A DNA stretch of 64,000 nucleotides from Marsupella aquatica (lineage: Eukaryota > Plantae > Marchantiophyta): contig OZ316898.1 in NCBI GenBank assembly GCA_973895155.1, positions 20,967,292 through 21,031,291 on the forward strand, written 5' to 3'. A model generated the notes under the pieces. The model made no database searches and had not been told where the DNA came from. It saw only the letters and a list, made by a program, of their open reading frames with translations. A program made the position numbers and the translations under genes. Positions 20,901 through 32,803 of this stretch are shown here, piece by piece; positions within the stretch are counted from its first letter, which is position 1; the number at the start of each line of letters is the position of its first letter.

Positions 20901-22584
20901 AGATGCTCAAACAGACTTACGCCAAGATGAACCAGATGGAGTCTGTCATCATTGCAGAGCTCGACAAGGAGCTAAGAGCAACCCAGGAGGAGAGGGCTAC
21001 CTTGAAGAAGGAATTGGAGGAAGCCCACAGGGAGCAGGAGGAGGCCAAAAACGAGCTGGAGGGGGCACGTAAGGACCTGGATGAAACCCAAGAGGAGTTG
21101 GAGGAAATCACGAGGAAGATGGAGAACCTACAGCGGCGGGCCGACAACCAAACAGAGCGGCTGAAGAAACAAGCCGCAGTATTTAAATGCTTAGCTGCAG
21201 CAGGTCCATCTCCCGTTGGGACAAACCAGTTACCAAGGGTGGTACTTGCCGAAGGACAAGCCGCGCCACCTGCACCAGTGCCGGAAGTAAGTGGGAAGGG
21301 GAAGGGACCAGCTGCCGAGCCACCAACGAAGAAGAGGCGGAAACCTTCAGGGTCAAGGAGTAATACGACTTCACAGGCCGTGGTGATCAAGGAGGTAGAC
21401 CCAGCACCGACCCCAGACAGGGTCACGGCTAAGGATCCAACTACCCTAGGGGAAGGGGAGGCCGAAGCCATGGGAGTGGCTGAAGCCGAAGCCGTGGGTA
21501 TTGCCGAGGCCGGTGTCGAGGCTGAAGCCGAAGGTGGACCCAGTCAGGCCGATGGAGAGTTGACTCGGTCAAGGGCAGGTAATCTGTCAGTAGGCGGGCC
21601 AACGGCAGTGGCTGAGGAGGAAGTGTTGGGGGCGTCCATTGAGGATCCACCACCGGTGTCGTGACGGTGCAAGGGCGCCGTTCCTTTTAGGGAGCGCGGA
21701 CGTGGAGGGAGGAGGCGTGAGTGGGCAGGGCGGGCACGGATCTCCACGTTTAGGATTAGGATCAGAACCAGGAGCGGCCCTGACACTTAGCTTAGTGGGA
21801 TTGCGGTCCCACTGGTAGGAGCAACACTTGTGCTCCTGCCTTGCTGTACATAGGTAGATTCGGGCAAGTAGATTACTGTTAAGTAGATTAGGCTTACGAT
21901 GCAAAGAATGACGGATCCACTACCAGGATAAGTACCTGGGCAGCGGGGAGCTCAGGGCCTCTTCTTTAGCAAGTTTTTAGTTTGCACCAGCCGGGCTGGA
22001 TCAAGTAGTACGAGAAGCTCTCGGTTAGTCATACAGTGACCCTTGTGTATATTCATGTTTCCTCATGCCTAAGAGCTGAATAGAGTTGGCCTCACGGCTT
22101 AGTTCGCAGAACTTGTGTATGAGATGTACTGTTTGTATGGCAAGTGCATGGTATGACTCAGTCAGAATGAGTCATTTTGCTATTTGTGTGTCGCATTAAC
22201 TTGTGTGAAGAGTGCCCACATCAACAGAAGGAAGGAAAGTAAGCAGGGGAGTGAGAGTTGGATGTGTCGAGCTGAGAGAGGTCTTAGCGGCTTAACCAAG
22301 CCTATTGGGGATCATTCCGGCGGCGGAATCCAAACATACCTAACAAGACGGAGGGGAAGACAGGGGAAGACAGGGGAAGGCCTATATTAGGCCGGCTACG
22401 TATCTCATGACCCGATGAAGGATCTGTCCAGTATATGTGTGTAAAATGTTAATAGTAGTAGTAGAAGGTTAGCAGCGTCCCATGCCGCTAAGCCACGGAA
22501 ACGGCCTCGCCAAGCACGAAACCTGCGGGAATCGGCTTGAGCTGGGGGGTTTCTTGGGTTTAGGGAGCCATGGGACGCACCACA
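17950..22584 (+). repeat. Family A LTR 3 (3' LTR, 4635 bp)
   Basis: TGTGATGCC...GCACCACA, preceded by a PPT (17937-17946) and followed by the interrupted methyltransferase sequence AGGGT... Confidence 0.9.
18026..21664 (+). CDS. Intact LTR-encoded protein of unknown function (up to 1212 aa; conserved ATG at 18323 gives 1113 aa): globular transposon-associated domain, disordered linker, long coiled coil
   Basis: Open frame wholly inside LTR 3. Core GLEAFVRLPW..EFVGSW..GKDFYLTPKVIAEVFGLP..KNGF..C is conserved in diverged copies at 47039 and 51288. E/K/L/Q-rich heptad region follows. Confidence 0.85.
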   Translation: MTKQGKYKQLGATMEPGQRPEVRLRVKTRLGLGRVKRRRLGRINGKKDRQRRGVRSACRRWWLICEHELGRRLREANYCQLLRQALGERVDTDDQPKEGMSNVNQAAHFWGCLFERATEYIKTYEDEESERAARERQELARLWELQKTAFLGGELIKDEFLWTPTSNQLDDLLFCKDSVVGIREAIKNCNDIHWELKGSTERWTWATVLGETSTAAEMKRKGAVNDEATPAKRTRSAAPKKPAEQQSRRQGEAEEEEVDPIKAIPTRDDTWKGWAATLPVEVQLHFAREEDACFTTMQTKKYQGFMAGSGLEAFVRLPWLKPEVPESDLLEFVGSWEPETNCTRIYGKDFYLTPKVIAEVFGLPMGNKTKVDTRKTLPDKEFRSFPGPSTKNGFFRNTCTNPHIGEMIDFLRVTMHCNLPRAEIGKAQVYLAERPDPSRDYNGYLLNQLKKILKEEQQVIGMGSVSRLGYHMPLLCRYARGQTFAPVLPLQVRAPEEAPTPRPLAEKPQPPVSPTIEQVFRPRKEDLPMQQPGMQSLLKLLEKEKRSASAKTMATATMQDTTTEVGLHRLTRENPFAGDKERIRPESKPGIRMYVGTSSSESEAELPEAPTDEEEREKPEIQEVEEAVEDCSHDNSSYGLDHHVPGVRTCGRFVPTLPRVVRGDPNQQSSPESPPPDVAPPSFDGIKQTVQEFQERIKQEEEAALAKEKDLPGGDWPEDIRRLAEKGSKPLATIEEIRRTAWEQRPRWAMPITSTYSTYAKNRAMEYGEMCGELALGIFGEELEVGPFFHREQLEKHQLEEAVALERSKKDEVIRRLRRMEAEIEDLRAAKKAQDELRIKRHELNIMQGQLDAAQADNQNIKDKLTQTQEELADTIKEREKWKQELKNTEEAHITANSRAMAETQRKEWALKGELEKIRGALEQKEVELGKSYQGIMALQQELASLTASFKADLREKDEMLKQTYAKMNQMESVIIAELDKELRATQEERATLKKELEEAHREQEEAKNELEGARKDLDETQEELEEITRKMENLQRRADNQTERLKKQAAVFKCLAAAGPSPVGTNQLPRVVLAEGQAAPPAPVPEVSGKGKGPAAEPPTKKRRKPSGSRSNTTSQAVVIKEVDPAPTPDRVTAKDPTTLGEGEAEAMGVAEAEAVGIAEAGVEAEAEGGPSQADGELTRSRAGNLSVGGPTAVAEEEVLGASIEDPPPVS

Positions 22585-23552
22585 AGGGTATTTATTTCTT
22601 GGATCTTTTTGGTGGGATTAGCACTGGATTGGCTGCTGTTCTTCAGGCAGGAATTCCTATGCGTCGTTATTTGTATGTGGAGACAGATGAGACAGCACGA
22701 AGGGTCTCATTGCAACATGTGGCTATGTTGGTGGATAGATATCCACAGTTGCTGCCAATGGATGTTGTTCGTGGTTATCAACATGCACTACCTACTGATA
22801 TTTCATTGCTAGGGGCGGATCATCTGCATCGTGTTGGCCCCATTGATTTGGTGATTGCTGGTTGGCCATGTTAGGGCCAATCTAGAGCTAGCGTTGGGCA
22901 TGGACTTCATGATCCACGCTTTGCATTGTTTTGGGAGATGTTACGGGTGCTGCGTCATCTCCAGCTACATCAGACACAGTCTCCAGCATATATTTTGGAG
23001 AATGTGCCATTGCTAGGTGATGATCGTAGTCGGATTGTTACCAGTGTTCACCAGGTGAGGTCTTGGATTGGACCTGCTGTGTTATTGGATGTTGCATGTG
23101 TGGGTTCTCGTGCACATCGTCCACGCTTGTGGTGGACTAATTTGATCCCATATGAGGTGCTAAAGCGCGCATTTGACAGCATTCCACGCTCACCAGCCTT
23201 AGTGGTGGATGATATTTTGGATCCAGGACGTCGTGCATAGGGTGTGACCCAACCTGATAGACCTCCATTGGTTGTGGTCAATGCAGTTGGACGCCCAGGT
23301 TGTGCATTATCCACTCTTGTCAGCCACTCTACTTCATATGCATTCAGAGCAGATGGCCTTGGACTTGTGTGGGACACAACCCTCCAGCAGTTAGTGGAGC
23401 CTACTGCTGATGAGAGGGAGCGTGCTATGGGATTGTTGACTGGCACCACTGCAGTTGCCTCTGTGTTAGAGGGTTTGCGGCGCCAAGTTCTTGGTCAAGC
23501 AATGGATTTGAATTGTTTGACTTGGATTATCAGCTTGGGAGTAGCTGAATAG
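22585..23552 (+). pseudogene. C5-cytosine DNA methyltransferase domain (DNMT3-like motifs) within retrotransposon Pol
   Basis: Motifs in canonical order: I FLDLFGGISTG, II YVETD, IV DLVIAGWPC, VI ILENV, VIII AHRPRLWWTN, IX ERERAMG, X RRQVLGQAMD; in-frame stops. Confidence 0.9.
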
Positions 23553-23876
23553 TTGCGGATGCGCTCTACTGGAATTATTGATTGTCCCTTAGTGAGCTTG
23601 CGGTCCACTGAGACAGTACTAACCACAGCTGGGGGCGATCAGACGGTCCATAAACCTATGGCAGGATTGGCCAAGGCTGGACAAATTGTTGAGCAGGAAG
23701 GGACTGCTCAATCTACTGCTAAATAGCAATCATCGGCTATCTCTTCTACCCTACAAAGAGATATTAGGGATTTGGTGGAGAGTTGGGAACCACAGCTTGG
23801 CCCTAAGTTGACAGGGGAAGAGAGACGCTGCATGCATCGATTCCTGAAGAGTTACTAGAATTGTTTTGCATTTAGC

Positions 23877-26852
23877 ATGAAGGATTTGGGGACATTAAAG
23901 GGTCCTGGTATTCAGATTAAATTGGCTAGTGATGCGCCAATCTTTCGTAGGCCGCACCGTTACAGTGACATGGAGAGAGCTCTGATTCAAAGCAGATGTC
24001 AAGATTTGTTGGAGGCTGGATTGGTGGAGATTTCATATGGGGAGTATGCATCTGCCACAGTGATGCCAGCCAAGAAGGATGTGCATGGCAATTACACAGA
24101 TAGGCGCATGTGTGGTGATTAGAGACCCATTAATCGCCAGACAAAATCTGATAGATATGCCATGCCCACACATGAGGAGATCTTTGATGCTGTGGGGCAT
24201 GCAAAGGTTTTCAGTTCATTGGATTTGAGGGCAGGGTACCATCAGCTTCCAATTAGGCATGCTGACGGGTCCAAGACAGCATTCTGGGGGATTGATTCTT
24301 ATGGCAAAGATTGTTTGTATTAGTGGTTATTCTTACCACTTGCGTTGAAGAATGCACCAGCTGAGTTCCAAAGAGTCATGGATCGAATCCTTGCAGGTTT
24401 GGATTTTGTCAGATGTTATATTGATGATATTTTGGTCTATTCTTCTACTATGGAAGAACATCAGCAGCACTTGCAGATTGTGTTGGAGAGATTGAGAGCA
24501 CATAGGTTGAAGCTCCATCCTAGCAAGTGTAAGTTCTTCCAAGACCAGATTGAGGATTTGGGCCACACTATATACCCAGGGGGATTGGGTGTACAGCAGA
24601 CTAAAGTGGAGGCCATTACACAGATTCCTTGTCCTACTGATGTGAGTAGAGTTTGTGCATTCTTGGGATTGGCGAGCTACTACAGGAGGTATGTTAAAAG
24701 ATTTAGCCAGCTTGCTAAACCATTGACCATACTCACTAAGTTAAATCAGGAATGGATTTGGGGTGATGACCAGGAGCATGCCTTTCAGGAGTTGAAGCAA
24801 AGGTTGGCATCATCCCCTATTTTGAGAAGACCCATTTCAGGCAGACCATTTCAGCTACACACTGATTGGAGTGGAGTAGGACTTGGAGCAGTGCTGACTC
24901 AGAAGGATGATGAAGGGAATGAGTTTGTTGTGGCTTATGCCAGTAGATCAAACAATTCAGTAGAGGCTAAGTATAGCTCTTATGATGGAGAGTATTTGGC
25001 AATAGTGTGGGCTGTTGCACACTTTTGTTGCTACTTGTTTGGTAACCCCTTTACCTTGATCACTGATCATCGGCCTCTTAAGTGGTTAATGGAGTCTGAC
25101 AAGCTTATAGGGAAGCTTGCACGATGGGCATTGTTGTTACAGGAGTATGATTTCCAGGTGGTGCATAGGCCTGGAAAAGTGAACTTGGATGGAGATGGAT
25201 TAAGCCGCAATCCATGTACCAGTCAACAAGATGAGACTGGAGTCAGATGGCATGATGAGTCAGATAATGAGATGGTGCCAGGATGGCATGCATCTGCCTT
25301 TGTTTTTTGGGTGCCAGCATATAGTGGATCTGTGGACTCTACCTCATTGGATGGAGTGGATGATGAGTCTTCAGATGTGGATGTTGGTGAGGTAACTTCT
25401 GGACAGCAAGATATTCACAATGATGTGAGAGTGTTGGAATATTTGCGCAGTGGTTCTATTGTTGGCAGTGTTGATGCCAAAGAACGTGACAGGGTTCTAC
25501 AGAGAGCCAAGAGGTTTCGATGGGAGGGAAACCATCTTTTGAGAGTACTGCATGATGGTAGGGTGTTGGTGGTACCAAAATCATCACAACGAGTACATTT
25601 GGTGTGACATGCACACGAGGAGTTGGGTCACTTTGGTGTGAAGCGCACTTACAGCTTGCTGTAGACACAGTATTGGTGGCGTGGTATGCACACTCATGTC
25701 CAACAGTTGATAGCTAAGTGTGTGGTATGTGATAGAGTGAGAGCATCATTTAATGCTCCCACTCCCCAGTTGCACCCGTTGCCGATCATGGGTTTGGGAT
25801 ATCGTTGGAGTTTGGATTTTGCTGGTCCATTACCTCTTACCCAACGTCATAATTGGTATGTTTTGGTCATGGTGGAGCACTTCTCCAAGTGGATTGAGCT
25901 AGTAGCATTGCCAGATAAAGCTAGTGGAGGAGTTGCTGCTACATTTTGGGATCGTGTACTCAGTCATTTTGGAGCACCAGCTGAGGTGTTGACTGATCAG
26001 GGAACTGAGTTCCGTGGAGAGTTTGAGAGTTTGTGTGAACAAGCTCTGATTAATCATCGTACTACCTCTCGTGATCATCCTGAGGCAGATGGATTAGCTG
26101 AGAGAGTTGTGCAAACTGTGAAGAGAGGATTGTGTAAGTATGGCTTGCAAGTTGGTCATTTGGGAGATTGGGATCTCCAGCTACCTTGGTTAGCTATGGG
26201 CTACCGTTTCAGTCGGCAAGCATCACTTGCATCCTTCTCACCTTACTTTTTGCTCTATGGTAGAGAGCCAGATTTGCCAGCAGCTATTTGTCGTGATGCT
26301 GCACCAGTTGTGAACTTGGATAATCCTGATGTTTGGGTCAAGGTGTGTTCAGAGAGAGCACGGGTATTTCAGCAAGTGATGCCCATGGCTTTCAACAACC
26401 TTGCCATTGCCCAACATCGTGATACTTTGAGGTTTGCCACTATTCGTGGAGGAGGTTACCGTGCAAGCATTCGACGATTTCATCCTGGTGATTATGTTTA
26501 TTTACAGCAGACAGCACCCACGACACTTGATGTGACCGTAGGCCGGACAATCTTACGTGTGCGTGAAGTGTTGCCTTCTGGTGTCCTGATGTTGGAGGGA
26601 CGCGATAGTATGGTTTGGAAGGATCATGTGCGCAACTGTGCACCATGTCACCTTCCCAACATTGATGGTACAGTAGATCCAAGCTTGGCACATATTCGTG
26701 CTGGCTTGAAATGAATGTTGTGTGGATCTGCTCAGGGAGCAGCTACTATGTTGATTTGTGATAAGTGTTCTAGAGGATGGCACATGTCATGTTTGACACC
26801 ACCATTGCAGGTGATTCCTAGTGGATCATGGTTGTATCCTCAGTGTCGGTGA
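23877..26852 (+). pseudogene. pol: RT-RNaseH-integrase-PHD finger
   Basis: LDLRAGYHQ, YIDD, HTDWSGVGLG, WSLDFAG/TDQGTEF/GLAERVV, then *MLC..CDKC..WHMSC..WLYPQC (PHD with two ligands mutated) at 26712-26852. Same frame as the methyltransferase. Confidence 0.9.
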
Positions 26853-27040
26853 AGCCAACTAGTTATCAATTGTGTTCTCTTGGCAGATATGGATTGCAGG
26901 CGAGATTGCAGGTAGGTGATTGATGGGGCTCACTTGCACCCGGCCTCCTGATCTTCACACCTAAAAAGGTGTATATCAACCTTGTAGAACTCATGGCTAG
27001 CTAGAGTTAGGGGACCTTACTCCCAGCTAGGGGGGGCGAT

Positions 27041-27428
27041 TGTGGGTTTTGGACATGTGTGGACATGAGTTCCACTTGTATTCCATTCTCTTGTGTTTGT
27101 GATGTGGCAGTGTGACTATGTCTGGATGTATGTGACAAGCGATGTATGTTGTGTAGCGATGTGTATGCGCACGACAACTATCACACCATTCTAGGTAGTG
27201 TTAGAGTGTATCGTACCATCTAGATCCGTATGTTTGGTATGTGTGCTATATGAGCTTATAAGGTTCCGTCAGGTTTGTGTGAGAGGGTACTTCTCACTTG
27301 TGAGGCATTGAAAGGTCATCTTTCAATGTTGAACCTTGGAGAGAGAGGAGCTTGAGTGTGGCTATGGTGGCTGTGAGCTTTGCTTGTGTAAACGTGGATT
27401 CCTTGAGTAGTGCAAGGTGCGTTGGCTT
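27041..27428 (+). repeat. 3' LTR of the methyltransferase retrotransposon, left part
   Basis: TGTGGG follows PPT AGGGGGGG; cut at the MULE TSD. Confidence 0.75.
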
Positions 27429-29212
27429 GGGTATGATAGCCATGACAGAAAACAGAAAACAGAAAACCTGTTACCAGGAAATTTCTTGCTGTTAATAGTC
27501 AAACATAACTGTTACCAGTAAGCGATTCCCTGTTACCAATTTTGCATCAACCATAGCCCTTTGGTCCGAATGAAAAACTACGCTAATCACAAAATTTTTC
27601 TGAAGTGAATTAGGTTTAAAACAAACAATTATTGTGTGCCATCCGATGGATGAAGAGTACTAGCAATCCTCCCTTGCAACAACATTTTGATCTGGAAGAT
27701 AACTGAACACGGTATGGGGACTATACTCAATGAAACATTCATTCAAATATCACTATTCGTCCAAGCTAAAAAGTGAACCTTAGGGTGGGACCCACCATAG
27801 AACAAGTGAAGAGTAGTGTCCAAATGAACTCAATCAAAATGAGTTCACTTAAATGGATCGAGTACCGTGACAAACAAATGACAAAACACCTCCTAACGAT
27901 TTATTTCAGAATAATTGAATAAACGTGGCTTGAAAGATAAAACAAAATAATATCAACTTACACATTTTAAATAAAACATAGTGTAATGCTTACACTACAC
28001 GCGTACATAATAAAAGCAGCGCCCGGTGCTAACCAAAAAATACTGAATAAAACAAGTAACATATCCGTTGGGTAAAGACAAAATAGTGACTATCCATTAT
28101 ATTGAACGACCTATACGGAAGTTTCGGCCCCTATTATAAGCCATTCAAGTTCTGCCTCTCCAAGACAAGCCTAACTTCGCCCACAGTCAAAATTGGTTGG
28201 CTACAAAGAGTCGACTCCTCAACCTCAAGTTTGAAAACATTTATGTACACCCAGTATAGATGTTTACAAGGCATATACGACTTGCCACACAAATGTCGTA
28301 GGAAGAAGTCCTCACAAGAGCAAGCAGGGAAGATACAGATTTGCACAAAGTACGTGCTTGGTGATCGAAGGTTCTCATGGGTTTGAATTCGAAATTGCTT
28401 TCCAAAAGCATTTCCAGTCCGAACATTCCATTCCCCATCCAAACTCATCTCTTCTTGTCGTGCAGACTCCATTCGCTTAGTGTGACCCACAGTGAGATTA
28501 GACCGAGGTCTTGAGTTCCTCCCATTCCGACTACCCAGCCAGACATTTGGCTCCAAAAACCTTATTGTTTCTGGGAACACGTTCACATTTATCCTGAGGT
28601 CAAACAAAGATGACGCAGATCAACTCGATCCTGTTGTTCGGGCTAAGACAAGTCCTTGCTCTTTGAGGAACGTGATTTCAGAAGGAGATAGGTTCGTACC
28701 CTTCAGAATAGGCAAAATTTCAGGAAGAGGAGGAAGCTGATGAACACCACAACGCGAACGACTCTTATAACAAGTTTGGTTTGGGCAGAACCAAATCATT
28801 TCGGAGATCGGTTTGCCCCTGAAGAGACGATGGCCCTTCACGACAATTCCAACAACACCGTCAGACGAATGGAAGCCAACCTTCTTGATACGATTTCAAC
28901 ACTCATCGCGATCAGAACTCCCATTGAGTGTCCCATTACACTGGGGACCTGCTCCATACTTGGACGTCCGTCGCAGCTGCCACTGCCCCAGAGGGACATC
29001 CTTCTCGAGCACAATCGTGCGTGGAAGTGGATTTTGAAGTGAGGCTGGTGCACTGAGCGGAGGTTTTGTGGATCTTGTTGTATGGGTTGTTTGAGGGGTA
29101 TTGTCCAGTGAATCAGTATCACCATCTGATGTGTCCATACCAGAGAGATTCACCACTCTTGTCACAGGATCATTAGAATTTGAGGGAATGGAGGCAAAGT
29201 CAGTTCTGTTTA

Positions 29213-32200
29213 TGTAGCAAGGTGATAAAGAGATAAATGACTATTTATTCCTTAACAACTCGATTTCGTTCCGGTTAGGAGTGGATAAGATCGAAAAGAC
29301 CTAATTAACACAATTTGAGAAGTTTACACCAACATTCTTAGGTTGGAGAGATTTCTAATGATCTCCTTAACATAAGTGTTTAACCACAACTCAAGTGGGT
29401 AATCCTTAGGATTCACAGTGCAATAATAAAGACTAGAATTAACAAAGATTGAAACTAGAGAGAGAGTAGATAGGAGGTTTCAAAGCGCAAGGGAATTGAA
29501 TTTCTGACCATCACCACTCCTTCAATAAGGATTATGGCCTAATTTAAGATTCAGAAATCAATATTTTCTATGCTTTTTGATTTCTCGTAGCAACTCTTCT
29601 CCATCTCTTGAATTTAGAAGACAACAATGTAAATCAACCCGGGACACTTTTCTGGTCTTGCTTAAGACGGTACTAGGATACTCGAATTGGTTTACTTCTC
29701 CTACAATCCTTAAGATTGCTTGTTTGAGTTTTGTGCAAATGTCAATTTCCTCTTTGGTGAATCTTCCAAATGTATTGGTCACAAATCTCATTGATCTTCC
29801 AATATCATTATAGGCACACTCTAGCATTCATTGAACATTTCACAACAACTCAAGGGTTGCTAAACTTCTTCCTTTTACTCAACCATGGTAAAAAGAAGGG
29901 AAGAAAGACATAGATTCCTTCAAAGGCAATGAGGAAATCAAAATGTATGTTTTCTCTCTTGGTTGACTTTGGGGTTCTCCTCCTTTTGTACTAGAAGTGG
30001 AGATTATGAAAAGACATGTCTCTTCAAAAACCCAAGTCTAAAGAAATATGTAAATAAAAGTGAACTATCCTAGTCAAAAATGGAGTAGAGTCTCCAATGG
30101 GTACATCAACAAAATACTGGAGTCTACTTACTCATATACTAGTCTACATAGCCATTTCTAAGTCTAAACTAATGTGGCTCTAACTCTCTAAATATGACTC
30201 TATTCTGGTCCTAGCTTTTGGGAAGGAACCTCCTCAGGGTTAGCCATGGCAAGGGGTTCTGGTCGAAGGAAAACTCCCTGCTGGCCAGTGGTAAAAGGGA
30301 TGGACGGGTCAGTATCCATGTTCTCCTGATGGGCACTTGGGTCATGAGAATAGGTGTAAGAATGGGAGTGGAAGTGTGTACTGGGAGTGGGGAAACCAGG
30401 AGGGTTGAGGGGTGATGAGGGGCCAGTGGAATAGACTCCTTCATGAGGACTAGGAGAGAAAGATCTGGTAGTAAAGGGAGGAATCTCAGTATCAGCTAAT
30501 AGCTCCTCAGTAGTCAAGTCACTCATCTCCCTTAAGGCTTCACAGGTCTTTGAGAGGCCTGTAAGTGCATCATCCACCTTGGTACTCACATCTACCACTA
30601 AATGGTTAATCTTGGAGAAAAGGATGGGTGTGGTGTTCTTGGCCAAATACTCATCATAAATTTGGGCCTTAAGAAGATCCAGAGAAGCTATCTCAGTCAA
30701 AGGCTCAATCAGATCCAAAGATTGAGTGATACTGAGTTGGAGAGTATGCTCAAGCTCATTCTTCTTCTTACTCCTTTCCAACTGCTGTTTGAGTTCAGAT
30801 ACCTTCTTCTTGAGGAACTCATTCTCCTTCTCCAACTTCTTCTTATCTGTGGTATCACTCATGGTGGAGATCTTCTCAAGAATCTGCCCTGGTTTCACTC
30901 ATAGCTTCTGCGAAATGTCGGTGATGACCTTCTCCATCACAGTGGTCTTCCTCTTCACCTTCTGGAACGTGTCTGAGATGATCTGGAAATCAGCTAGGGT
31001 GTCTTGGGAGGCATGGCCGGGTGCATCCGGACATTCAGCCGGATCGACGAAGGCCGGGTCGGAAAAGTCCGGGTCGAGGTTCCGGGCAGCAGACCGGGTC
31101 TTTCGAGGATTTGTCTCTGCTGGTTCCTCATCCTCACTGTCATCAGAGGTGGCCTGGGTGATATCTGGATCTGTCTCTCCATACTTGATGAAGTTGTACT
31201 TGGCCAATAGTAATTTTTTCTCTTCTCTAAACAAAACTCCTTCAAAGCTATATAGATGTACCACGTAGCAGGAGAGGCGAGTAGGACTCTTGTTGGATAG
31301 GTTCTGTACCAACTTCCTTATCAAATCAAAGATAAGCTTAGCCCAGTTGACTTTTCTTTCTCCCTTGTAAGCAGCAACAATGGTAGAGCCAACTCCAACA
31401 GTAACTCTTCTTGGCTTCTCAGGGTACAGCAGGGGTAGCAGAAAGCTGAAGACTCGTCTCAGATCAGGATCCAAACACTTAGAAACATTGAACCCGTCCT
31501 TACTGTTGATGGCTCCTTTGAAGTAAGGAAGGATTAGGTTGACAGCTCTCCCCACTGGACCTTCTCCTTCATCTTCCAACACAAAAGCTCCTGCAATCAT
31601 CATCTGAGTCCATCGCTCAGGTCGGCCTCTGGAGGTATCCTTAAACTCAACCGGACACTCCTTGGATCGGATCTCTCTGATCATATCTTCGCTCTGATAA
31701 CTCCAAGGTAGCTCCATCAGAGACTCACAGCCCATCCTGAGCAAAGACTCCCTCAGTTTGACCTTCTCAGCTTCACTGTCCGGAATAGCTGGCCTCAGAA
31801 TTTTCATGGCAATAGGGACCTCCTTTCTCTTTGATCGTCTCACAGGGGCTTTAACCGGAGTAGGTGCAGGTGATGTTGAGGTTGAATGCCCCTTAGAGAC
31901 GCAAGAAGTGGACATTCCGGCTGGATCCGTCCCTTGCTCCATAGGACTTATCGAAGCAGAAAATGGATTCTAAATAAATGGCCTGCCTCCTCGTCGGCGA
32001 GCTCTACAATGCTGTGACTTCAGAATGGTCAATCTCTTCGGTGTCGACTAATGGTAGAAACGTCCGGGTCGACCTGGCTATGGCGTTTCTGATCAACTGA
32101 CAAGAGCTTCTGGAAACGTTGATCAAGATCCCGTCAATAAAAATCTAGGTGCATCGAACGTGGGGCGAAGATAGACTCAAACGGTCCTGCAATGTGGATG

Positions 32201-32803
32201 TCCGGATCGACCTGGCCTTCGTTCTCATCACCGATGTATGCACGATCAGAATCTCAAACTTCCTGCCTTCACTCCCAGCGGCGGAGTAGGCATTCCCCTC
32301 ACAACGAATCAGTCAGTACCCTCATATCCAGGCTCTCATCAAGAAATTCAAGATTGGTCCTATAATCCGGACCCAAGATCCTCTACCAAAAGGGTAGAGC
32401 CTCCTCACTCTACTGCTTTAACAGCCTAATGCGCTCGGGAACTCAAAACCTACTAAGTTTGGCTTTGAGAGGTGTGAGAGGCCGGATCGACTCTCCTTCC
32501 TTATATCCGGATTCTGTTGTGGTCGTGCCTGTGTTTGACTTATGGTTTTAAAAACTTTGGCAATGGACAGCTGTTGTTGAGTAGAGTCTCGGTATAAGCT
32601 TTATATCTCATTCCAGGCTTATAACAAAAAGTTCCGGGTCGATCCTCCTTCTCTAATATCAATCCAGGTTGACCTCAGATCAGCTTGAAAGTCTCATAAC
32701 ACTTCAAAGTAGTCTTCAGGTCCCTCTTCAGCCTTATTTGAGATCTTAAACTTAAAAATTTATGGCTAGTTAACCCTTCCTTCATAAACATCCTTATCTC
32801 ACA
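29213..32803 (-). mobile_element. Solo LTR, family C (3591 bp), ORF-bearing
   Basis: TGT...ACA ends with perfect 5-bp TSD GTTTA (29208-29212, 32804-32808); no gag/pol inside. Strand assigned from its ORF. Confidence 0.85.
30200..31942 (-). pseudogene. Family C LTR-encoded protein (347 + 232 aa in one frame, single stop at 30899-30901)
   Basis: LMELPWS..RGRPERWT..AGAF..EGEG..PYFKG..KDGF..C..FLLPLLYP..TIVAAYKG..NWAKL domain, then coiled coil and Pro-rich tail. Confidence 0.8.

Larger units (their letters stand above)
1..22584 (+). mobile_element. Tandem Ty3/Gypsy LTR retrotransposon, family A (non-chromovirus, Athila/Phygy-like): LTR-int-LTR-int-LTR, 5' end outside window
   Basis: Near-identical units offset by 10,862 bp (gag at 932 and 11794). 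Gag-PR-RT-RH-INT order. Three LTR ends GGGACGCACCACA at 862, 11724 and 22584; the last abuts unrelated sequence. Confidence 0.95.

Noticed and set aside
18026-21664. env-like gene
   Set aside because: No signal peptide or long hydrophobic segment is visible; the protein is charged and coiled-coil.
872-21904. Numerous antisense and alternate-frame ORFs over family A
   Set aside because: Shadows of the coding strand; their duplication only reflects the tandem repeat.
22482-22874. LTR-initiated stand-alone methyltransferase ORF
   Set aside because: Chance in-frame junction of the LTR 3 end with the interrupted domain; it stops right after the catalytic PC.
29558-29827. Second ORF in the family C LTR
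   Set aside because: 89 codons, no motif, and no second copy to compare.
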